A DNA stretch of 6,070 nt from a virus. Lineage: Duplodnaviria > Heunggongvirae > Uroviricota > Caudoviricetes. The stretch lies in the IMG/VR virus record IMGVR_UViG_2529292869_000013; one strand, given 5' to 3'. The translations under genes were made by a program, and so were the position numbers. The notes under the pieces are model-generated. The model was not told the DNA's origin. It searched no databases and was given only the letters and a program-made list of their open reading frames with translations. Of this stretch, positions 1 through 6,051 are shown piece by piece (the first letter of the stretch is position 1; each line of letters starts with the position of its first letter).

Positions 1-1184
1 ATTTCCGGTGCCTTACCACTGATGAAGGCTGAGGTGCGCCCGGCTGCGTTCAGAATAGCGGTTGCCAGACGATCCGGAATAATGCTCCTGCGCGCCCATG
101 AACTGAAATGTGTCGGGCGGTTTGATGATACCTGGTTTCCATTCGTTCTCGATGCCGCACCGTAATATCCTGATGCCGGAATATCCGGATCTTCTGCCGG
201 CGCGTTAGTGGCGGTATTGACGCCGTTACCGTCTGTCATGAAGGGCACAAAATAAACGCCCTCACTCTCCCTGTTTTTATACCCGCCGTACACGGTGTCG
301 TACTGGGTAGCGTATGTATTTTTCCAGTAATACGTCGTGTCACCACAAATCCACGGCACATCTGCAGCACTGCCACCATGGCACTGCGCGTTAAACACGG
401 AGAGGTCAGCACGAAACTGTGCCAGCATGGCTGTAAACAGCGCAGGTTGCTGTGCGTGGGTGGCGGCGCTCATGTCAAACTCTCCCTGCATCCAGCACAC
501 CGCCAGCAACACATTTTTCGGGTTCTTCTGTAATGCAGCTTTAGTGCGCGCAATCAGGTCCTGATATAACGGTTTACCCACACCCCAGCGCGCCGAATCC
601 TGGCTGGCCCCCGCGTCCGCACTGAATGTCCCCTCAGCGCCCTGGGTGAATGCAGAACCACCACGACAGCATGGTACCAGCAGGATCCCCGCGTTATTCG
701 GGATATACGGAAGCAGTTTTTTGGCAATATGTAAGCCCTGGCCGACACAGCCGTACTGCCCTTTGCTCAGGTCTGCCTTCGGATGATTCAGCGTACTCAT
801 ATCCTGCACATCATGCAGGCAGTGGTCAGCCGGAATGATGTCGTTATACGTACAACTCTCTCCACCCGGAGTTACCGTGCTGCGGCGCGCCAGCTGTTTA
901 ATGCGCGGATCCGGAGCATCGTAAGAATCCGGTAACGGAAGCCCTTCACCGTAGGCCATGCCGTTGGACTGTCCGGCAAGCACAACCACGTAGAACCAGT
1001 CCGGCTTAGATGAAGGGCCGACCTGTGGATCTCCTTCAATAGCCACCGCCTGCATCAGTGTGTACGGCGTAATGGCAACCGGTCCGCCGTATGGCTGCCA
1101 GCCCTCTTTCAGTTTGTGTGTCAGCTTTTCCGCAAGGTCTGACGGCGACGCCGCCCTGACAACATCATAGTGTTTAAATGCCAT
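1..1184 (-). CDS. NanS-p-like sialate O-acetylesterase (DUF1737-type N-terminal domain fused to SGNH/SASA esterase domain); partial, 3' end runs off the window start
   Basis: ATG at 1184..1182 preceded by SD GGGAGGA. Translation begins MAFKHYDVVRAASPSDLAEKLTHKLKEGWQPYGG and contains VLAGQSNGMAYGEG (GQSN catalytic-Ser block of SGNH esterases). The frame stays open to position 1 (no complete minus-strand ORF is listed here in the track, consistent with an edge-truncated gene). Family assignment is from memory of prophage NanS-p proteins. Confidence 0.7.
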   Translation of the reverse strand, partial: MAFKHYDVVRAASPSDLAEKLTHKLKEGWQPYGGPVAITPYTLMQAVAIEGDPQVGPSSKPDWFYVVVLAGQSNGMAYGEGLPLPDSYDAPDPRIKQLARRSTVTPGGESCTYNDIIPADHCLHDVQDMSTLNHPKADLSKGQYGCVGQGLHIAKKLLPYIPNNAGILLVPCCRGGSAFTQGAEGTFSADAGASQDSARWGVGKPLYQDLIARTKAALQKNPKNVLLAVCWMQGEFDMSAATHAQQPALFTAMLAQFRADLSVFNAQCHGGSAADVPWICGDTTYYWKNTYATQYDTVYGGYKNRESEGVYFVPFMTDGNGVNTATNAPAEDPDIPASGYYGAASRTNGNQVSSNRPTHFSSWARRSIIPDRLATAILNAAGRTSAFISGKAPE

Positions 1185-1377
1185 GAATCCTCCCGGCCGG
1201 GATAATATTGTGAGTAAAATGAGGAGCGGGCTGAAGTCCGGAAGTTACAGGACAATGGCAGAAGAGAGACAACAGCCCGCAATACGAAAAAGGCCGCGCT
1301 ATTGCGCAGAGTGATTACTGTCGGATATTATTCGCCAGCTGAAATATTACTTCACGTTTTGTTGTTTATTCCTTGCC

Positions 1378-1406
1378 GCCCGCGTCTCCCTGCGCGGGCT
1401 TTTTTT
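1378..1406 (+). terminator. Intrinsic terminator, plus-strand orientation
   Basis: Perfect 7-bp GC stem GCCCGCG (1378..1384) / CGCGGGC (1393..1399) with an 8-nt loop, followed by T7 (1400..1406). Confidence 0.5.
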
Positions 1407-1408
1407 GT

Positions 1409-1437
1409 CCATAAGAAAGCCCCTCCGGAGAGGGGCT
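1409..1437 (-). terminator. Hairpin with weak U-tract, minus-strand orientation (possible terminator)
   Basis: 8-bp stem AGCCCCTC / GAGGGGCT (1418..1437) with 4-nt loop. On the minus strand it is followed by TTCTTAT. Lies back-to-back with the plus-strand terminator. Confidence 0.3.
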
Positions 1438-1633
1438 GGAGAGTGGCGCTATGTGCCATTGCATGGTGCCGGGTGCCTCCCGGTGAATTCAGTACCAGCA
1501 CCTGAATCCGCGATTATCCCATATACCTACTCGCTGATTGCCCCTCCGCACAGGGGGATTCACCATGCCAGTTTCTTTTAACAAACTCCCCGCAAACCAG
1601 ACAACAGTCAACCGCCTGAATTGTGAGACATTT

Positions 1634-1659
1634 AAAAAAAAGGCCCGCAAAAGCGAGCC
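1634..1659 (-). terminator. Intrinsic terminator 14 nt downstream of the tRNA cluster
   Basis: Minus-strand reading GGCTCGC-TTTT-GCGGGCC (7-bp stem including one G.U pair) followed by T8 (complement of the A8 run at 1634..1641). Confidence 0.55.
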
Positions 1660-1673
1660 AGGGAAAATAAGTG

Positions 1674-1750
1674 TGGCGCGTTGTACTGGATTCGAACCAG
1701 TGACCGATTGCTTAGAAGGCAATTGCTCTGTCCGGCTGAGCTAACAACGC
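1674..1750 (-). tRNA. argO: tRNA-Arg, anticodon UCU
   Basis: 77-nt cloverleaf folded by hand: perfect acceptor stem GCGTTGT/ACAACGC, D-arm GCTC...GAGC, anticodon stem ATTGC/GCAAT with loop CTTCTAA, T-arm ACTGG-TTCGAAT-CCAGT, discriminator G, encoded CCA. Symbol assigned by position in the ileZ-argN-argO cluster recalled from 933W-type phages. Confidence 0.85.
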
Positions 1751-1763
1751 AGGATACAGATAA

Positions 1764-1840
1764 TGGACCGCCTTCGGGGACCCGAACTCCGCGCAACCAG
1801 CTTCGAAAGCTGGCGCTCTTTCCTGATGAGCTAATGGCGG
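1764..1840 (-). tRNA. argN: tRNA-Arg-like, anticodon UCG by hand folding; imperfect stems
   Basis: D-arm GCTC/GAGC and anticodon stem CCAGC/GCTGG are perfect, loop TTTCGAA, encoded CCA. The acceptor stem has an A-A mismatch (6-67), the T-stem has an A-C mismatch and the T-loop is TTCGGGT. Symbol is positional only. Confidence 0.5.
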
Positions 1841-1847
1841 TATGTGA

Positions 1848-1923
1848 TGGTGGCCCTTGCTGGATTTGAACCAGCGACCTGGCGATTATGAGTCGCTCGC
1901 TCTCACCACTGAGCTAAAGGGCC
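1848..1923 (-). tRNA. ileZ: tRNA-Ile2-like, anticodon CAU (ileX/ileZ type, presumed lysidine-modified)
   Basis: 76-nt cloverleaf: acceptor GGCCCTT/AAGGGCC, D-arm GCTC-AGTGGTGA-GAGC, anticodon loop CTCATAA, T-arm GCTGG-TTCAAAT-CCAGC, encoded CCA. Closely resembles the E. coli ileX sequence as I recall it. Confidence 0.85.
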
Positions 1924-1951
1924 GGGTCAAAAAATAATAATCAGATGAAAA

Positions 1952-2665
1952 TCAATAATCAAGCCCTTGCCTGGATACATATCTGTCTGGCGGGAAGCCA
2001 TAATAGCGGTGAAATACAGAAATAAAGTAGGACCAGCTTGAATAACCACATTTTTCTGCTACAGCCTGTCCATATCCATACCGGGAACATAACATATTGA
2101 CAGCAACACGCATCCGCTCTTCCAGCAACAAGCGACTGAACATGTGCCCTTCATTTTTCAGTTTTGTCTTTAACAAACTCTCACTCATATGCAGGCGTAA
2201 CGCAATCGCACCAAGCGTCCAGCTTGCTGATATATCTGTCTGAATTATCGCCCTGACTTTGGCACTTATACTGGATAAACATCCACTTAAAAACAATGAC
2301 ATCCGTTCATCTGTTTCAAACAGAGACAGGCAGGCCATCATAAGAAACATATCCGTGACCTCTCCGGAAAATCCCTGGCTGGTAATTAAAGCCGCAGCCA
2401 ACGCAGGATTGTTGGGTTCCAGCAACAGGTAAAGCGGAATGTCAGTCAGATGAGTTCTTGTCAGCTTATGCTGAATTTCCAGATATTGACTTACTATGGA
2501 ATGGTTTATATCGAAAATTTTAACTTTGCCATAATGCATAAGGAAAAGCGCCCTGATGCATTTGGTGGCCAGAACGACTGAGCCTGGCTTAAGTGACAAC
2601 GTATCCTTTTCAAGAAAAATATTAATTGGGGAGCAAACCATGATAACTGAACAGACAACAGCCAT
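1952..2665 (-). CDS. AraC-family transcriptional regulator, AppY/GadX/YdeO-like
   Basis: 237-aa ORF. N-terminus MAVVCSVIMVCS parallels AppY MDYVCSVV as recalled. C-terminus has the AraC-type HTH signature (LCSRYGYGQAVAEKCGYSSWSYFISVFHRYYGFPP). AT-rich, roughly 30% G+C on a hand-counted line. Confidence 0.75.
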   Translation of the reverse strand: MAVVCSVIMVCSPINIFLEKDTLSLKPGSVVLATKCIRALFLMHYGKVKIFDINHSIVSQYLEIQHKLTRTHLTDIPLYLLLEPNNPALAAALITSQGFSGEVTDMFLMMACLSLFETDERMSLFLSGCLSSISAKVRAIIQTDISASWTLGAIALRLHMSESLLKTKLKNEGHMFSRLLLEERMRVAVNMLCSRYGYGQAVAEKCGYSSWSYFISVFHRYYGFPPDRYVSRQGLDY

Positions 2666-2790
2666 TATAATTTTACTTTCATTAGCAATTGGTTAGCTCA
2701 ATTATAGCCCCAAAAGGTAAATTATCATCAACACATAAGCAAAGGACTGACAGGTGCCGCTAACACCCACCAGCCGCCCATTTACCACAA

Positions 2791-2816
2791 ATAAAAAAGC
2801 CTTCAGGACTGAAGGC
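2791..2816 (-). terminator. Intrinsic terminator overlapping the stop codon of the small ORF
   Basis: 7-bp stem GCCTTCA/TGAAGGC (2799..2816) with 4-nt loop, followed on the minus strand by TTTTTTATTT (2798..2789). Confidence 0.5.
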
Positions 2817-3000
2817 GTCTGTAACAACCGAACTGATAGTCTGCCAGACCCGCCATAACCAGCTGGGTCAGTATTAACTGGCAGCGTTCGCGTGAAAGGT
2901 AAGTATTCTGCGCAATCTCCCCGACTGTCGCCGGTTCGGTAACGCTTAATTCATTAAACACCACTCTGGCGGTTTCTGTCATATCCTGCTGTTTCAGCAT
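2803..3000 (-). CDS. Small (65 aa) putative winged-helix DNA-binding protein; family uncertain, possibly PapI/FaeA-like
   Basis: Complete ORF with ATG at 3000 and its own downstream terminator. The segment PATVGEIAQNTYLSRERCQLILTQLVMAGLA has the look of a helix-turn-helix recognition unit. No family could be assigned with confidence. Confidence 0.5.
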   Translation of the reverse strand: MLKQQDMTETARVVFNELSVTEPATVGEIAQNTYLSRERCQLILTQLVMAGLADYQFGCYRRLQS

Positions 3001-3124
3001 GTCTTTTTACCCTTTCCGGTTAACGTGACACACCAATAACTCTTGTCGAAAAAGCCAGCAAGCTGAAAGACCGGTATTAATAACCACCAGCGACATTTAA
3101 CGCACTGCGCTACTTTGCGGGCAC

Positions 3125-3146
3125 AAAAAACCCGCTCAGAGGCGGG
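3125..3146 (-). terminator. Intrinsic terminator downstream of the CPBP gene
   Basis: Minus-strand reading CCCGC-CTCTGA-GCGGG followed by T6 (complement of A6 at 3125..3130). Confidence 0.45.
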
Positions 3147-3287
3147 GTCAAGCTATGCGGCGAAATAACCACTCTTAACAGCATACCTGATTTTTTACGT
3201 ACGTAAATGCTTTGCCGTGCATATTTTTCATGCAAATGTCACGTCCTGCTATTTTTCAGTCTTATAAATTTAAAACCATAGAAAAAA

Positions 3288-4106
3288 TCAATTATGTTTT
3301 AAAAATGGATAGGTAAAGAATAACAAGTGACACAGATTCAAACCAAAATGGAAAAGGGTGGCAACCCACAAACGCCCACTCCACATCCATGACAATCCAT
3401 ACACAACACCAGATAACGTGGCAAATAATACAAGTAAAGCACCACCTGAATAGTGATAAAAACCAAACAACAAAGCCGCCACAATTAATGCAACCAATGG
3501 AGACGTTACTTCTGATAGCCGTGATTGAATATACCCTCTAAATAATGATTCCTCTGCCAGAGACACAAAAAACAAATTAGCCAATATAAACTCTGGCAAC
3601 CACTCAGGAAAATGAATCTCTGGCTTTAATCCACCAAAAAAAACAGCCAAAAACAGGATAAGAGGAACAGAGAGCGACAGAGCCCCCCACTTCCACAAAG
3701 ACACTTCTGATTTTACTTCTTTTTTAAACAAAGAAGATGTACACAGGACTAACAAAAATGGCACCAGCGCTTTATCAAAATTAAAATACATTGTATAGGG
3801 AGTACTTTGAGGGCCAACAGTAACAGAATTTAGCACTACAGGATTGTGAAACCCTGGCCATAGATGGAAAAATAATGCTATGGCTGATAAAACTATGCCA
3901 ACTTCATATATAGATTTAGCCCAGGCGTTATATTTCCAGTTGAACTTCAAAATAATAAAAAAAACGATTGTAGCAACAAAAAATAACACCGACCAATCAA
4001 TAATATCATTAAGCACAGCCAGGACAACAGACACCGTCAACAATGAAAAAGCCACTACCTTATGCCAACTGAGAGTTGACAGTGACAGTACTAACACAAT
4101 CCACAT
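3288..4106 (-). CDS. CPBP-family intramembrane metalloprotease (CAAX protease / Abi domain), multi-pass membrane protein
   Basis: Highly hydrophobic translation with multiple predicted TM segments. All three CPBP signature motifs are present in order: EESLFR (EExxxR), FGFYH (FxxxH), HFGLN (HxxxN). Start chosen as ATG 4106..4104 with SD AAGGAG 5 nt upstream; the track's GTG at 4112 directly abuts the SD. Roughly 30% G+C. Confidence 0.75.
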   Translation of the reverse strand: MWIVLVLSLSTLSWHKVVAFSLLTVSVVLAVLNDIIDWSVLFFVATIVFFIILKFNWKYNAWAKSIYEVGIVLSAIALFFHLWPGFHNPVVLNSVTVGPQSTPYTMYFNFDKALVPFLLVLCTSSLFKKEVKSEVSLWKWGALSLSVPLILFLAVFFGGLKPEIHFPEWLPEFILANLFFVSLAEESLFRGYIQSRLSEVTSPLVALIVAALLFGFYHYSGGALLVLFATLSGVVYGLSWMWSGRLWVATLFHFGLNLCHLLFFTYPFLKHN

Positions 4107-4137
4107 AAGCACTCCTTTTATTTAATGATGAAGATTG

Positions 4138-4166
4138 ATTATCAATATTTTCAATTCACCAGGCAA
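4138..4166 (-). promoter_or_regulatory. Candidate sigma70 promoter (TTGCCT-N17-GATAAT) between Q and the CPBP gene; possibly the late promoter region
   Basis: Minus-strand -35 TTGCCT (4166..4161) and -10 GATAAT (4143..4138), about 30 nt upstream of the CPBP start. A second TATAAT sits at 4222..4217 with a poor -35. Hexamer match only. Confidence 0.25.
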
Positions 4167-4257
4167 CATTTTATCTACCTTCCACAATACATGACCATCA
4201 AAAAATAAACATGTTAATTATAAACACAGAAAACATAACCCTCATCACTATATATCC

Positions 4258-4629
4258 CTACCGCATATCCATATCTAACCGGACATTCAGAGCCATAAGC
4301 ATTCCTTCAATAATACCTTCCGCTTTATAAAGCCTTTTACCAATAAGCCCATCAGAACATCTATGCTTACGTGCAAGAGCCATAAATGTCATTCCACCTA
4401 CGTAATAATCCACCAACAAATCGTGCAAATACTGATTATTCTTGTTTAATCGTGCCATACAACCACAAATTATCATGGCGTCATCATCAGAACACTTAGG
4501 ACGTGATTTCACTTTAGTCGGGATTAATCCTTTAAAACCAGCAGCTATCGAGGGCCATGTTACATCTTCATGATTATTTGCTGCCCATGCCCCCCATCGC
4601 TCAAGAACCATCTGGATATCACGCGCCAT
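4258..4629 (-). CDS. Phage late-gene antitermination protein Q (short QuuD/phage-82-like type)
   Basis: 123 aa from ATG 4629..4627 (SD GAGGTGG upstream; the GTG at 4638 abuts the SD). Cys-rich ([21 protein letters not shown]), consistent with a zinc-binding Q. Sits immediately after rusA with overlapping stop/start, as in DLP12. Confidence 0.7.
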   Translation of the reverse strand: MARDIQMVLERWGAWAANNHEDVTWPSIAAGFKGLIPTKVKSRPKCSDDDAMIICGCMARLNKNNQYLHDLLVDYYVGGMTFMALARKHRCSDGLIGKRLYKAEGIIEGMLMALNVRLDMDMR

Positions 4630-4989
4630 CGTTACCACCTCTGATTTCGTAAATCTTCACGCCCAGCCGTCCACCTGGCACAGGCTGACCGCGCACAATA
4701 TTGATTTCATCAAACTGCTCGTCATCAATGAGCACTTCCGCATGCGTCAGCGCATCCAGCGGTGCTTTCAGAATGTTGTCCAGGTCACGGCGGCGCTTAT
4801 CCGGTGGTTCTGCAATAATTTTTATGCCAGCCGTCCGGACAGGCTTAATTTCAGCCGCTGCTGGCGAACAATAAGCGCCACAGCCCGGCGATAACGCTCA
4901 CCGGCTTTTGATACAAAATATGTGCTGCCACGACGTCGCCAGTAGGTGTTCACCGTCGGCGGGTAAGGCAAAACAAACTCTATACGCAT
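4619..4989 (-). pseudogene. rusA: rusA Holliday-junction resolvase, interrupted by a -1 frameshift near 4822..4826
   Basis: ATG 4989 with SD AAGAGGT gives MRIEFVLPYPPTVNTYWRRRGSTYF...LSGRLA then TAA at 4824..4822. The +2 frame continues [68 protein letters not shown], matching the RusA C-terminal half, to TGA at 4621..4619. The break sits at a run of five T (4819..4823). Confidence 0.65.
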
Positions 4990-5001
4990 CAGTAACCTCT
5001 T

Positions 5002-6051
5002 TTACCCGAGCACGCCGGTTGCAAAGGCGTGATCAAGAAAACGAAAAATTAAATCAACCTGGGAACCATGCTTTTCTTCGAACGCCAGCGGATCCGCATG
5101 AAGCTCGTTGTGATGCTCCCGACACAGCGGTAGCGTGAAAATATCGTGGGATTTTGTTCCCATTCCCCCCTGACCATGACCAATCAGATGATGAGGATCG
5201 TCCGCTGGCTTACCACAACACGCACACGGCTGTGTCTTTACCCAGCGTGTGTATTTCTCATTTACCCAGCGGCGACGTTTAGGTCGTTTCATGAAGGATT
5301 CCGGAGACTCCGGATCAACGGCAATGCTGACCACCGTCTTTTCCTGTGGTGGGTTCTGTTGCTGGTGGGTGTGAGGCGGTAGCGCAATATTTTTTGTGCG
5401 CTGCTTCAGTATGCTGGTGGCGGTCTGTTCTCCCGGTATGATGTCGCTTTCACGGTATACGGAGCGGATTTTTTCCGCACGCAACCCCAGCGAACGACGT
5501 AATACCGCTTCCGGTAGCGCGTCCGCCACCTGATTGCGGACCGCCCACCAGGATAATTCAGCCAGAGATAATTCACGCTCCTGTGCGCCATTCATTGCGT
5601 GACGGATGATGTCAATCATCCAGGCGGCCAGATTCTGTTGAGCAAGTTGATCCAGTGAATCAGATGTCTGCTCCCGCAGCTGGTTGTCGCAGTGCCAGCA
5701 CAACACCATCGCGCCGGTACCGTAACGGTGAATAACGGTTTCGCTGTGATGATAATCACCGTGTGGCCACTGGCAGGATTTCACGTGACGTAATAACCAG
5801 TCAGACAGTGCACCAGCGCCGCCAGCTGCACGAATCACCCGCTCATCGCTGAAAAATGGCAGCAGTGATTTATCTTCCGCCAGCGGCTGGCGAACAGCAG
5901 GAACCGCTCCAGATGGCAGCGCCCGCATGTTTTTCGGTTCCGGCTCCACCAGCACCCTGCCGCGATGAAAAACTGGCAATGATTCACGACCGGGCTTAAG
6001 GACCACCAGCCCGAGTTCCGGAACCAGAACAGGTCGAAGTAATACCCGCAC
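5002..6051 (-). CDS. DUF968-like prophage protein (YdfU-like) with C-terminal HNH-like Cys/His motif
   Basis: 349-aa ORF ending TAA at 5004..5002, 12 nt before rusA. C-terminal region PCACCGKPADDPHHLIGHG...LPLCREHHNELH has the CxxC...HH...C...HH spacing of HNH-type zinc fingers. The 5' start (GTG at 6051, SD GGAGGT only 4 nt upstream) lies 20 nt from the window edge and is uncertain. Confidence 0.6.
   Translation of the reverse strand: MRVLLRPVLVPELGLVVLKPGRESLPVFHRGRVLVEPEPKNMRALPSGAVPAVRQPLAEDKSLLPFFSDERVIRAAGGAGALSDWLLRHVKSCQWPHGDYHHSETVIHRYGTGAMVLCWHCDNQLREQTSDSLDQLAQQNLAAWMIDIIRHAMNGAQERELSLAELSWWAVRNQVADALPEAVLRRSLGLRAEKIRSVYRESDIIPGEQTATSILKQRTKNIALPPHTHQQQNPPQEKTVVSIAVDPESPESFMKRPKRRRWVNEKYTRWVKTQPCACCGKPADDPHHLIGHGQGGMGTKSHDIFTLPLCREHHNELHADPLAFEEKHGSQVDLIFRFLDHAFATGVLG

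Noticed and set aside
337-838. Track ORFs 337..564 (+), 554..748 (-) and 650..838 (+)
   Set aside because: All lie inside the long open minus-strand nanS-p-like frame, in other frames or antisense, and their translations are low-complexity without recognisable motifs. They are treated as shadow ORFs of a GC-rich gene.
1185-1673. Possible stxA/stxB genes or remnants between the tRNAs and nanS-p
   Set aside because: No ORF of suitable size or frame continuity is present; the interval is 490 bp and dominated by hairpins. This is an stx-negative arrangement.
1302-1869. Track ORFs 1302..1505 (+), 1489..1722 (-), 1538..1744 (+) and 1681..1869 (+)
   Set aside because: They overlap the terminator hairpins or run through the tRNA genes, have no convincing RBS, and their translations look like noise (for example the Cys/Trp/Arg-rich 1302..1505). 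The interval is better explained by terminators, tRNAs and possibly an sRNA.
3880-4125. Track ORF 3880..4125 (+), 81 aa
   Set aside because: Antisense to and wholly contained in the CPBP gene; low-complexity AT-rich translation; no RBS.
4629-4638. GTG at 4638 as the Q start (track ORF 4258..4638)
   Set aside because: The GTG directly abuts the SD GAGGTGG, while the ATG at 4629 has appropriate spacing, so the ATG was chosen.
4908-5591. Track ORFs 4908..5138 (+), 5146..5382 (+) and 5406..5591 (-)
   Set aside because: Embedded in the rusA/DUF968 coding region in alternative frames or antisense; translations are Arg/Trp-rich, typical of off-frame reads through GC-rich coding DNA.
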